Shown here: piece after piece, positions 36,850 through 46,143 of the stretch
Layout of the letters: each line of letters opens with the position of its first letter
Numbering within the stretch: the stretch's first letter is position 1
Assembly: GCA_964512105.1 (NCBI GenBank)
Contig: CAZEGI010000001.1
Location: forward strand, 40,534-104,533
Direction: 5' to 3'
Source: an uncultured archaeon
GTDB taxonomy: Archaea > Altiarchaeota > Altiarchaeia > IMC4 > CAZEGI01
Length of the DNA: 64,000 bases
Made by a program: the position numbers and the translations under genes
The notes under the pieces: model-generated
Told to the model about the DNA's origin: nothing
Database searches by the model: none
Seen by the model: only the letters and a program-made list of their open reading frames with translations

Positions 36850-37536
36850 ATGAAAATCGTTATATCGCTTGGCGGGTCGGTTTTTTTACAGGACGGGATT
36901 GATGTTGCCTACATAAGGAATTTCTCATCGCTGATAAATGGGTTGTGCAAAAAACACCTCCTGGCGATAGTTGCTGGTGGTGGGAAAGTAGCGAGGGACT
37001 ACATAAAAATTGCAAGGAACTTCGGAGCTTCCGAGATGTTCTGCGACCTTATGGGAATCGAGGCAACGCGGCTGAACGCAAGGTTGTTATCTGCGGCCAT
37101 AGGCGACGCCGCAAATCTTGAGCCGCCGAAGGATTATGTCGGAGCGATGAAGGCGATGGATTTCGGGAAGGTTGTAGTAATGGGTGGCACCGATCCCGGA
37201 CATTCAACAGATGCGGTTGCCGCACTTCTCGCGGAATACATACGTGCGGATTTGCTGATTAACGCGACGAACGTTGAGGCCGTGTACGATAAGGACCCGA
37301 AAAAACACAAAGATGCGAAAAAACTGGGGCGGATTACAGTGGACAGGCTGATAGACCTCGTGAAGAATGAATCCATAGGCGCAGGACAGTACAAACTCAT
37401 GGATTTGCTTGCAGCAAAAATAATCCAGAGGTCGAAGATAAAAACCTTCGTTCTGAACGGCAGAAACTTAAAGAATCTGGAAAACGCGATAAACGGCAAA
37501 AAATTCGTAGGAACCGTAATCGAAAATGGAGTATGA
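36850..37536 (+). CDS. pyrH: Archaeal-type UMP kinase
   Basis: MKIVISLGGSV, AIVAGGGKVAR, VVMGGTDPGHSTDAVAALLAE, ADLLINATNVEAVYDKDPKK and NGKKFVGTVIE match. Confidence 0.85.
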   Translation: MKIVISLGGSVFLQDGIDVAYIRNFSSLINGLCKKHLLAIVAGGGKVARDYIKIARNFGASEMFCDLMGIEATRLNARLLSAAIGDAANLEPPKDYVGAMKAMDFGKVVVMGGTDPGHSTDAVAALLAEYIRADLLINATNVEAVYDKDPKKHKDAKKLGRITVDRLIDLVKNESIGAGQYKLMDLLAAKIIQRSKIKTFVLNGRNLKNLENAINGKKFVGTVIENGV

Positions 37537-38224
37537 GATAAAGAACAGGCCTGCATACCCGATGCTTGTCGTTTCCCTCGGTGCTGGGGAAAAAATTACC
37601 GCGGAGGCAGGGGCATTAGTTTACATGACGCCAAACGTTCAGTTAGAGACGCGGATGCGCAGCGGCATTCTGCGGTCGTTAAAGGTGTCGGTTCTCGGCG
37701 GACAGTCATTTTTTGTTAATGATTATTTTGTTAAGAATGGTTTAGGCGAAATCGGCTTTGTTGCTGCCCCGACCGGCGATATAGAGGTTTTTGAATTGAT
37801 GGGTAACGGTTACGTACTGCAGAGTTCCGCATACATCGCATCCACTTCGGGAATTGCATTGGATACCGAATGGCAGGGCTTCAAAGGAATTTTCGCACAG
37901 GGGTTGTTCATGGTGAAAGCCGCGGGGAGCGGAAAGTTGTTCATAAACGTTTTCGGCGCGATAGAGAAAAAAGTTCTGAAAGCAGGCGAACACCTTATCG
38001 TGGATAACTTTCATCTGGTTGCATTCAGCGATACCTGCAGGTACAGCATAAAAAAGGTCGGTGGTTTGAAGTCAACCATTTTGAGCGGCGAGGGTCTTGT
38101 GGTCGATATTGAAGGTCCAGGAGAAGTACACCTGCAGACCAAGAGCGTGCGGGAACTGGTGGCGTGGTTGTGGACGCTGCTCGAGCCAAGGGTTTCGACA
38201 ATGTTGAGTAGCAGGGCGCGTTAG
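37526..38224 (+). CDS. AIM24/TIGR00266-family (DUF124) protein
   Basis: The overall pattern ...VVSLGAGEKITAEAGALVYMTPNVQLETRM...GIFAQGLFMVKAAGSGKLFINVFGAIEK... matches the AIM24 beta-rich fold family. Confidence 0.6.
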   Translation: MEYEIKNRPAYPMLVVSLGAGEKITAEAGALVYMTPNVQLETRMRSGILRSLKVSVLGGQSFFVNDYFVKNGLGEIGFVAAPTGDIEVFELMGNGYVLQSSAYIASTSGIALDTEWQGFKGIFAQGLFMVKAAGSGKLFINVFGAIEKKVLKAGEHLIVDNFHLVAFSDTCRYSIKKVGGLKSTILSGEGLVVDIEGPGEVHLQTKSVRELVAWLWTLLEPRVSTMLSSRAR

Positions 38225-39135
38225 ACAAAATCCAGCCACTTTACGTATTTTTTATTCTCACCACGGATAATCCCGAAGAATTTTTCCTGGAGTTTTTTGG
38301 TTATCGGTCCAGGCTTGCCTATTCTGTGACCGTCAATCTCGCGTACCGGGGTGACCTCGGCTGCCGTTCCCGTGAAGAATACCTCGTCCGCGTCAAGAAG
38401 CCGGCGCTTGGTTATGTCTTTTTCTTTTACTTTAATCCCGCTGTCCTTCGCAAGCGTCATTATGCTGTCGCGGGTTATTCCGATGAGAATGCTTGCGTTT
38501 TCGGGCGGCGTGTACAGAACGCCTTTCTTTACTATGAATATGTTTTCTCCGGGGCCCTCTGCAACAAAGCCGCGGTGGTCGAGCATTATCGCCTCGTCGC
38601 ATCCTTTTTTCAGGGCATCGACCTTTGCCAATATTGAATTTATGTACTGGCCGCACGCCTTTGCTTTGTTAGGAAGCGCTTTCGGACTTATTCTTTCGTG
38701 TGAGGATATGCAACATTTTATTCCGTTCTTAAGGCCGTCCTCCCCGAGGTAGGTCCCCCAGGACCAAACAGCTATTGCTACATTCACCACGGAGTTTAGC
38801 GGGTTCAGACCCATCTCCCCATAGCCGCGATAAACTATCGGCCGTATGTAACATGCCTCCAGTTTGTTCGCCCGTATCAGCAATTTTGTGGCCTCGCACA
38901 TTTCATTGACCGTGTACGGCATTTTTATGAAATAGAATTCCGCAGATTTCTCGAGGCGTTTCATGTGGTCTTTAAGGCGGAACACCGCCGGACCGTTCAC
39001 GGTGTTGTAGCAGCGTATACCCTCAAAAACGCCGGAGCCGTAGTGAAGCGCATGGGTCAGTACATGAATCTTTGCGTCTTTCCAGTTTACCAATGCGCCG
39101 TCCATCCAGATTTTATCTACGGTTTGTATTGGCAT
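38221..39135 (-). CDS. ilvE: Branched-chain amino acid aminotransferase
   Basis: IWMDGALVNWKDAKIHVLTHALHYGSGVFEGIRCY and fold-type IV PLP motifs (EAFFTGTAAEVTPV) match. Confidence 0.85.
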   Translation of the reverse strand: MPIQTVDKIWMDGALVNWKDAKIHVLTHALHYGSGVFEGIRCYNTVNGPAVFRLKDHMKRLEKSAEFYFIKMPYTVNEMCEATKLLIRANKLEACYIRPIVYRGYGEMGLNPLNSVVNVAIAVWSWGTYLGEDGLKNGIKCCISSHERISPKALPNKAKACGQYINSILAKVDALKKGCDEAIMLDHRGFVAEGPGENIFIVKKGVLYTPPENASILIGITRDSIMTLAKDSGIKVKEKDITKRRLLDADEVFFTGTAAEVTPVREIDGHRIGKPGPITKKLQEKFFGIIRGENKKYVKWLDFV

Positions 39136-39141
39136 TTTGCA

Positions 39142-40182
39142 TCATATCGGGTATTCGAATATTGTTTCTTTACCGTTTTTTATTACTTTTACGTACGGTT
39201 CTTCGACGACTTTCCCAATTTCGGACATTCCATACTCTTTTCCATGCTTTTCCAGTATGTTATCGGCATTTTCTTTGTTCGTTATTACGCAAAAACCGAT
39301 GCCCATGTTGAAGGTTCTGTACATCTCCTTGTCTGATATCTTGCCAAGTTCCTGAATTTTCTTGAAAATCATTTGCGGTTCGGGTGGCTTGTCCACGATG
39401 AATCCGTACTTTGTCACGCGGCTCAGGTTGGTTATACCCCCGCCGGTTATGTTCACGAGGCCGTGAATTTCGTAATTCTCGAGTAAATTTAAAACCTCGT
39501 GGACGTATATGCGTGTTGGCTGAAGCAGGGCGGACCACATGTCTTTTGGCAACACTTTCCTTGCCAGCGTTAACCCGTTGCTGTGGATACCGCTACTCTT
39601 AAATCCGAGAACAACGTCTCCTGGGATAACTCTTTCGCCTGTCACGATTTTTTCTTTTTTTGCAACGCCCAGCACAGTGGCTGCAAGGTCAAAGCCGCGG
39701 TTGTTTAAGCCGACGATTGTGTCCGGGAGCGTGGCGGTCTCGCCACCTATAATCGCAATGTCTGCCTGTTTCGCGCCCTCGCACATGCCTATGGAGATTT
39801 CCCTTGCAAGTTCCGGATCTGTGTTCTGCATCGCAAGATAATCAACCATTGCTATGGGTGTTGCACCAACGCAGATTGCATCATTAACGTTCATCGCAAC
39901 AACATCAATGCCGATAGTATCGAATTTGTTGAGTTCCTGTGCAACCAGAACCTTGGAGCCAACGCCATCCGCGCACAGCGTGAGGGCATAATCGCCCATG
40001 TCTATGAGGTTCGCGAAATGTCCGATGTCGGTCAAAACCTGACCAACCTTGCCCTCGCGATACTTGAACGTTTTTTTGACCCAGCTGCATATGCCCCTTA
40101 TTGCCAGATCTTCCCTCCGTATGTCAACGCCCGCCTTTGCATACGTATCGGGTTTTTCTTTGGGTTTTCTGTCTATTTTCAT
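39142..40182 (-). CDS. purM: Phosphoribosylformylglycinamidine cyclo-ligase (AIR synthetase)
   Basis: YAKAGVDI, DGVGSKVLVAQ, VNDAICVGATP and GGETATLP match the PurM family. Confidence 0.85.
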   Translation of the reverse strand: MKIDRKPKEKPDTYAKAGVDIRREDLAIRGICSWVKKTFKYREGKVGQVLTDIGHFANLIDMGDYALTLCADGVGSKVLVAQELNKFDTIGIDVVAMNVNDAICVGATPIAMVDYLAMQNTDPELAREISIGMCEGAKQADIAIIGGETATLPDTIVGLNNRGFDLAATVLGVAKKEKIVTGERVIPGDVVLGFKSSGIHSNGLTLARKVLPKDMWSALLQPTRIYVHEVLNLLENYEIHGLVNITGGGITNLSRVTKYGFIVDKPPEPQMIFKKIQELGKISDKEMYRTFNMGIGFCVITNKENADNILEKHGKEYGMSEIGKVVEEPYVKVIKNGKETIFEYPI

Positions 40183-40203
40183 GGCGATGTGTTTTAATAG
40201 TGT

Positions 40204-40965
40204 TTATTGGCTTAAATCTTTAGAGTTGAGATTAAAGAAATCCGCCGCATTGGAAGTTGTTCTTTTTGAAACCGTCTGAAAATCGGTTTCCGTAAGCTCG
40301 GCTATTTTTTTTGCCGCGAATTTCAGGTTTGCGGGTTCGTTTCTCGTTTTTGGTTTTGGCGAAAGCCACGGAGAATCTGTTTCCAGGACAATGTGGTCCA
40401 GAGGAATTTTTTTTACGAGTTCCTGTTTTTGTTTCGAGTTGACGACGGACGTGGGGATAGATAACAAACAACCGAATGAAATTGCGTCATTCGCCTGCTC
40501 CAGACTTCCGGAGAAGCAGTGAAGCAGAGCGGGTTTTTCATTTTCCTTTAGGATTTTTATCACGTCATGCTCAGCATCCCTTGAATGGACGACCAGCGGC
40601 AGGTCGAGTTTTTTGCTTAACTCGATGAACCTTACAAAGTTTTCCTTTTGCTTCTCTCTTTTTTTATTGTCTTTTATCCAGTAGTAGTCCAGACCAACTT
40701 CACCGATGCCGACAATTTCATTTTTGTTTTTTTCTATCAAACCAGTAGTAAGCTGCAGTGTTTCCGGGTTAAGTATTGTTGGTGTCAAACCGAGAGTAAG
40801 AAAGACCCCGTTGTTTTTAACTATCCTGAGCGATTTCTCAAAAAAATCCGGGTTCACGCATGAGGTTACGACACGGATGTTTTCCCTTCTCGCGTTTTCT
40901 AAAACCCTTTTTAGATCGGTGTCGAAACTTTTGTCATCTAAGTGCGAATGAACATCGATCAGCAT
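40204..40965 (-). CDS. tatD: TatD-family metal-dependent hydrolase / DNase
   Basis: MLIDVHSHLDDKSF, VVHSRDAEHD and LHCFSG are the TatD metal-binding motifs. Confidence 0.8.
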   Translation of the reverse strand: MLIDVHSHLDDKSFDTDLKRVLENARRENIRVVTSCVNPDFFEKSLRIVKNNGVFLTLGLTPTILNPETLQLTTGLIEKNKNEIVGIGEVGLDYYWIKDNKKREKQKENFVRFIELSKKLDLPLVVHSRDAEHDVIKILKENEKPALLHCFSGSLEQANDAISFGCLLSIPTSVVNSKQKQELVKKIPLDHIVLETDSPWLSPKPKTRNEPANLKFAAKKIAELTETDFQTVSKRTTSNAADFFNLNSKDLSQ

Positions 40966-41708
40966 TTTAGGATTTCTATTTTGTCGCCAACCCGTGCATT
41001 TAGTTTTCTTGCTGCATTTCCGCGGTTTACGTCAACTTCCAAAAAACCGCTGCTGCCCTCAAGAACCAAGAGTCCACCGGATGAAACATCACTAAACGTT
41101 TTGACGAATTTTGCACTATGCTTCTTATTTTTGAGTTTTATGATTAATTCGTCATTAATCTTGAATTTTTTATCGCACGTTGTGATTATGTTTCCGAAGG
41201 CATCGATGTATGCGACGCTGTTCTTTTTCAGAATTAGTTTTTTTATTTTTTGTTTTTTGTTACCAAGGGTTTCTGGTTTTTCGTCAAGGGACAGCCTTGC
41301 GGCTATTGGTGCAAATATGTCGCGACCATGGAACGTTTGCGAAATTTTGCCTGGGAGTTTACTTTTGTCTATCTCGATTATTTTTTTGATGTTTCTGTTT
41401 TTCAGCACGGGGGAGAAAATGCCGTTGTCTGGGCCGACAAAAATTCCATTATCGGTTTCGATTATTGTTTCCTTCCGCGTTCCGCCGACACCGGGGTCTA
41501 CGACCACGATGTGAATGGTGCTTTTCGGGAAATAATCAACGACTTGCAATAGAAAAAACGCGCCCTCAACGATGTTGTATTTGCTAATTTTATGGGTTAA
41601 ATCCACGATTTTCACATCTGGATTTATTGACAAAATTCGACCTTTGATTTGCGCAACATAAAGGTCGTCACCAAAATCGGTGGTCAGCGTTATTAGGTTA
41701 GATTTCAT
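40959..41708 (-). CDS. SAM hydroxide adenosyltransferase family (DUF62; fluorinase/chlorinase-like)
   Basis: MKSNLITLTTDFGDDLYVAQIKG and HIVVVDPGVGGTR are the DUF62/SalL-FlA N-domain motifs. The start at 41708 overlaps hisA by 11 nt; the longer ORF in the track to 41816 is unlikely. Confidence 0.65.
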   Translation of the reverse strand: MKSNLITLTTDFGDDLYVAQIKGRILSINPDVKIVDLTHKISKYNIVEGAFFLLQVVDYFPKSTIHIVVVDPGVGGTRKETIIETDNGIFVGPDNGIFSPVLKNRNIKKIIEIDKSKLPGKISQTFHGRDIFAPIAARLSLDEKPETLGNKKQKIKKLILKKNSVAYIDAFGNIITTCDKKFKINDELIIKLKNKKHSAKFVKTFSDVSSGGLLVLEGSSGFLEVDVNRGNAARKLNARVGDKIEILKC

Positions 41709-42405
41709 TCTTGAATTGTATCTTCCCTTCGTACAGTGCTTTTCCGACAATCGCGCCCCACGCCTCTGCTTCCTTTGTGTCCTCAAGGTCCTGTTCGGTG
41801 GAAATTCCGCCTGCAACGATTACCGGTTTTGTGGTTGAAGAAACAACCTTTGCTATCCTCGCCTTGTTTATGCCCTGCATTCTGCCTTCAACATCAACGT
41901 TCGTGTACAGAAACCCCCAGCAGCGGTCCTCGAGTTCTTTCATTAGCTCCGTGGTTTTGAATTCTGTTTTCTCCTGCCAGCCTTTGACCACAATGGTGTC
42001 CTGCTTCGAATCGAGAGCGATTATAACGCGGTTGAGCCCGAACTCCTTTTCTAACTTTCGTATTATAATAAAATTGTTTTTGTAATCGTTTATTGCAAGC
42101 GTGCCGAGAATCACCCTGTCCATGCCCATCCTCAGGGCGGTTTGCGCTTTTTCGTAATCCCTTATCCCGCCGCCGAAATGCACTTTTGCTCCGGTTTGTC
42201 TTTTTATCTCCCAAACGGTTTTTAGGTTGTCGGCATCGCCGAAGGTGGCATCGAGGTCGATAACGTGCAAAATTTCCGCTCCGAGATAACGCCAGTTTTT
42301 TGCTATCGTCACCGGGTCGCCGTAAAACTTTTCCGTTCCGGGTTTTCCGCCAACGAGCTGTGCACATTTCCCTCCATATATGTCAATTGCTGGAATGACC
42401 TTCAT
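41698..42405 (-). CDS. hisA: ProFAR isomerase HisA (HisA/HisF TIM-barrel)
   Basis: MKVIPAIDIYGGKCAQLV, ILHVIDLDA, FGGGIR and VIVAGGIST match. Confidence 0.8.
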   Translation of the reverse strand: MKVIPAIDIYGGKCAQLVGGKPGTEKFYGDPVTIAKNWRYLGAEILHVIDLDATFGDADNLKTVWEIKRQTGAKVHFGGGIRDYEKAQTALRMGMDRVILGTLAINDYKNNFIIIRKLEKEFGLNRVIIALDSKQDTIVVKGWQEKTEFKTTELMKELEDRCWGFLYTNVDVEGRMQGINKARIAKVVSSTTKPVIVAGGISTEQDLEDTKEAEAWGAIVGKALYEGKIQFKNEI

Positions 42406-43679
42406 TTTATGTTTTTTCGTAAATCCGCTATCGCTTCCGTAGTCTGAAGTGGCTGTTTTTTATTTTTGATTTTTTCGTACGTTTTTTCCGACAGCAGGTT
42501 TTTTAATTCGATTCTGAGCTCGTCGCATGCCTGTTTTAGGGCAACGTGCGATTCTGAATCGTATTTCAAAAAACAGACCACCCCAATGTAACTATTCCTA
42601 TGCGAAGTTAAATAATCCGCGACCCTTCTTTTTGTTACTTCGATGTATCTCTTTTTTATTTCATCCGTTTCCTTGCTTTCGTCCCAATCGTATGAGTTGA
42701 AAGGGTAACAGTCTTCGAACTCCCTCGGAACAACGCCCGCGTTGCTCAGCATAAGTTCGTGGATTTCGTCGCGGTTCTTTAAGCCCTTCAGAACGTTTAT
42801 TATTTTTTTGTGGGTTTCGGATTCCAAATACGGTTTTTTGTACGAGCATGGCAGGAACAGCGCGACCTTCTTTTTTTCCGGCGGAGCGTACCACCTGTTG
42901 AGGTAGTCCTGCCAGATTTCGAAGTAAGGGTGGGTTAAAAATTCCTCCCCGACCCCAACAAGGGGTTTCTTCAGGCGGTTGGGGAAGTTTGGTATAAAGC
43001 GAAACGTTTCTGCATCAAATTCAATCCTCTTGTTTCCTGCATATTTTTTCGTTAATTCAAAAAATTCTTTTTTCGACAAAAAATTCCATTCCCCGTTCAG
43101 CCACAGGTTGAACAGCTGTGAATTTTTATGCGGAAGCGTGTTTATTAGGACTATTGAATCCGAGTGCTTTAGCGCATAACCAACGGATTCATCCAGACTT
43201 TTCCTGACGTTTTTCACGAACGGCGGGTTTACGAGGATGTACGTTCTTAGTTTTACCCCGTGCTTTTTTAGAATTCTGGCTGCGTCTTCGTAGTTCTTGA
43301 GCGTGAACCCCTTGTTGATTTTTTTCAGAATTTTGTCGTCTGCAACCTCTAAACCGATGGCCACGATTAATTGCAAATCTCTGAATTCATTTAACTTCTC
43401 ATCGGTTATGAATTCCGGCCGTGACTCTATCATAAGTTTTTTTATTTTCCTCTCTTTTAGGTTTCTTACGAAATATTCCCTGACTTTCAGGGAAACCTGT
43501 TTATCGTCCAGAAAACTTCCGGAGCCGAAGACCTTGACGCCGGTCATGTTTTTCAGTTTTTTGAAGAACTGCTCCATGCGGCCTTTAAGCTGCTCTTGTG
43601 AGATTTCACTCGTGCTGTAGCCGCAGAATATGCACCTGCTCCAAGAACACCTTCCGGGAAGAATCAACACCGAATCCAT
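42402..43679 (-). CDS. Radical-SAM-like protein with a noncanonical CX4CX2C motif and a C-terminal domain of unknown function (archaeosine RaSEA-like?)
   Basis: N-terminal LPGRCSWSRCIFCGY. The C-terminal region ALFLPCSYKKPY...GVVCFLKYDSE has no family I can name with confidence. Confidence 0.45.
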   Translation of the reverse strand: MDSVLILPGRCSWSRCIFCGYSTSEISQEQLKGRMEQFFKKLKNMTGVKVFGSGSFLDDKQVSLKVREYFVRNLKERKIKKLMIESRPEFITDEKLNEFRDLQLIVAIGLEVADDKILKKINKGFTLKNYEDAARILKKHGVKLRTYILVNPPFVKNVRKSLDESVGYALKHSDSIVLINTLPHKNSQLFNLWLNGEWNFLSKKEFFELTKKYAGNKRIEFDAETFRFIPNFPNRLKKPLVGVGEEFLTHPYFEIWQDYLNRWYAPPEKKKVALFLPCSYKKPYLESETHKKIINVLKGLKNRDEIHELMLSNAGVVPREFEDCYPFNSYDWDESKETDEIKKRYIEVTKRRVADYLTSHRNSYIGVVCFLKYDSESHVALKQACDELRIELKNLLSEKTYEKIKNKKQPLQTTEAIADLRKNIK

Positions 43680-43690
43680 GTTTCAGCACA

Positions 43691-44617
43691 TCAGTAGCCG
43701 CGCTCACGAAGTTTTTTCTGCTCCTCGCGTATGCGCGCAAGTTCGTCGCGTATGCTTTGCACCGTTACGGCTTCCTTTTCCTCGCGCATCTTTCTTTCAG
43801 CATCTCCTGTGAGGTTCAACAGAACGCCATGAAGCAGTTTCTTTTTTATGGACACTATGTTTTTCAACTCAAGCTCCGCCACCCATTCCAATACCGTATG
43901 CTCGTCAATCCCGATTTCCCTTGCCGCATTTCTGGCAGTCATTTCACCCTTTTGCTTCAGGAGTTTTACTAGGTCTTCTTTTGTCTTTTCGCTTGTCTGA
44001 AAATCGCTTCCGTACAAAAATTCTTCTTCCGATGGTTTTGGTGCGGATGTTTTTTCTTTAACCGGCTCCTGCGGAAGTTCGCCTCGTTCTTCCCTCGGTT
44101 CAAGACCCGCCTTCATGCGCTCCTGCTTTAACAGTTCTTCCTGTTTTTTCAGTTCTTCCTCTAATTTTAGCCGTGCCATGCGAACTTTTTTGAGTTCGCT
44201 TTCTTTTTTCAGAAGTTCTTCCTTCTCTTTCTTTAGCAGCTGCTCTATATTTTTCTTCCTGAGTGTTTCTCTTCTCTCCTTTATTGCCGTAAGCCGGTCA
44301 AGAACGGATTGCCTTATCCGGAGTGTCGGGTTTCCAAGGTAGCGATCATCAACCCGTATCAACCCGCGTTTTTCGAGAGCGTTGGCCCATTTGTCTACGG
44401 TTTTGATTGGCAGACCGAGCGTCTTTGACGCATCGCTTACACGAATCTCGCCGATGTTTACTATTAGTTTCAGCAGGTCCTTGGGCGTTTTCCCCTCCCT
44501 CTTCTGCTTTTCGACATCTATGAGTCTTTGTAATTTCTCGATTTCGTCTTTTCTGTTTTTCTCATTACGCATCATCTTCTTCCATTCCTTGCGTTTTTCC
44601 CATAACTCGTCCTGCAT
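43691..44617 (-). CDS. Coiled-coil protein with winged-helix-like DNA-binding segments
   Basis: Lys/Glu-rich heptad-like stretch (LKKEKEELLKKESELKKVRMARLKLEEELKKQEELLKQ) plus two HTH-like segments (ASKTLGLPIKTVDKWANALEKRGLI; AAREIGIDEHTVLEWVAELE). Confidence 0.45.
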   Translation of the reverse strand: MQDELWEKRKEWKKMMRNEKNRKDEIEKLQRLIDVEKQKREGKTPKDLLKLIVNIGEIRVSDASKTLGLPIKTVDKWANALEKRGLIRVDDRYLGNPTLRIRQSVLDRLTAIKERRETLRKKNIEQLLKKEKEELLKKESELKKVRMARLKLEEELKKQEELLKQERMKAGLEPREERGELPQEPVKEKTSAPKPSEEEFLYGSDFQTSEKTKEDLVKLLKQKGEMTARNAAREIGIDEHTVLEWVAELELKNIVSIKKKLLHGVLLNLTGDAERKMREEKEAVTVQSIRDELARIREEQKKLRERGY

Positions 44618-44667
44618 TTTTTTAACCTACACCACTCTAATATATATGAAAGCTAGGCGGCATAAAA

Positions 44668-46110
44668 ATGATGTTGGAGACAACGAAGGACATTAAGATA
44701 CCCAAAGATCCAATCGAACGAGTAATCGGACAGGATAACGCAGTCTCTAAGGTTAAGCTGGCAATACGACAGAGGAGACATTTGTTGTTGGTCGGCCCAC
44801 CAGGAATTGGTAAATCCATGTTGGCGATGGGTCTAGCAGCACATCTACCAAAACCAAGAGATGAGGTGTCTGTGGTACACAACCCAAAAAACGAAAACCG
44901 ACCCCTGCTGGAGGTGCGAAGTAGGGGGGAGATAATGAAGGGGGGGTTGGTTTCGGGGGTTAGAGGTAGGGTGGTTGCTCCGACAGAGGTTCCAACGTTT
45001 GTTGCAGAGCGCCTTGGTTTTAGATGCTCTTCCTGCGGCGATATAAGTTCTTCGAGGAATGTTGTGTGCCCACGGTGCGGGGCAGCAAAGCGGGGTAAAC
45101 TCTCGCGCGGTAAGCGTCTGTCGCCGTTTGGTGACATAATAACGGAGATATTCGAGATTGGTACGGTAGAGCCAGAAATTGAGGTTCAACTAACGTACGG
45201 TGATAACGCCAAAAAAACGGTTGTTTACCAGAGGATAGACGAAACACGCATAAGGATTGTTGATAAAGATGAGCTAGAAAGTAGCAGGAAATCACCCGAT
45301 AGGAAGCTCGTAAATACGATACTGCCGCTGAACAGGCAGTTGTTCGTCGGGGTTAGTGGTGCCTCAGAAACCGAACTTTTAGGTGACATCAGACACGACC
45401 CGTACGGGGGCCACCCGCAGATAGGAACGCCGGCGTATTTGAGGGTTGTTCCCGGCGCAATCCATGAAGCGCACGAGGGTGTTTTGTTCGTTGACGAAAT
45501 CTCACACCTCGGGCATCTGCAGAATTACGTGCTTACGGCCCTGCAGGAAAAAAAGTTTCCGATTGTCGGCAGGAACCCGCACTCCGCCGGCGCCTCCGTT
45601 AAGGTCAACGACGTTCCGTGCGATTTTATATTTGTGGGGGCATGCAACATAGGCGAGCTTGAGAGCATCCTTCCGCCGCTGAGGTCACGAATACTCGGAA
45701 ACGGATATGAGATACTGTTAAACACGACCATGCCCGATAACAGCGCCAATAGAGATAAATTGGTGAGGTTTATCGCACAGGAGATAGAGAAGGATGGGAG
45801 GATACCGCACGCCAACCGCGGCGCCATGGGGGAGATTGTTGCGGAGGCCAAGAAAAAGGCCAAGGAGATGGATAACGCAAGGGACGCACTCACCCTGCGG
45901 CTCAGAGATCTTGGCGGAATTGTGCGTTTGGCTGGCGACCTGGCTGTTGATGACGGTTCCAAGGTAATAGAGAAAAAACACGTGAAGCGGGCCATAAGTG
46001 AGGCAAAATCCATCGAGCACCAGCTTTTTGACAGATACGGCTCCGTGTGGAGCGGATTGAAGAAGGACGAGCCATATTTAGAGCATGGGGGGGCCGACGG
46101 CTATGTATAG
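44668..46110 (+). CDS. Lon-related AAA+ ATPase without a protease domain, carrying an inserted C4 zinc ribbon
   Basis: Walker A is LLLVGPPGIGKSMLAMGLAAHLP and Walker B is VLFVDEISHL; the sensor/arginine-finger region RSRILGNGYEI resembles the LonB ATPase module. CSSCGDISSSRNVVCPRCG is inserted. No Ser-Lys protease domain follows. Confidence 0.55.
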   Translation: MMLETTKDIKIPKDPIERVIGQDNAVSKVKLAIRQRRHLLLVGPPGIGKSMLAMGLAAHLPKPRDEVSVVHNPKNENRPLLEVRSRGEIMKGGLVSGVRGRVVAPTEVPTFVAERLGFRCSSCGDISSSRNVVCPRCGAAKRGKLSRGKRLSPFGDIITEIFEIGTVEPEIEVQLTYGDNAKKTVVYQRIDETRIRIVDKDELESSRKSPDRKLVNTILPLNRQLFVGVSGASETELLGDIRHDPYGGHPQIGTPAYLRVVPGAIHEAHEGVLFVDEISHLGHLQNYVLTALQEKKFPIVGRNPHSAGASVKVNDVPCDFIFVGACNIGELESILPPLRSRILGNGYEILLNTTMPDNSANRDKLVRFIAQEIEKDGRIPHANRGAMGEIVAEAKKKAKEMDNARDALTLRLRDLGGIVRLAGDLAVDDGSKVIEKKHVKRAISEAKSIEHQLFDRYGSVWSGLKKDEPYLEHGGADGYV

Positions 46111-46143
46111 GGGGGTCACTTCCTGTATTTGATGTAATCAAGA

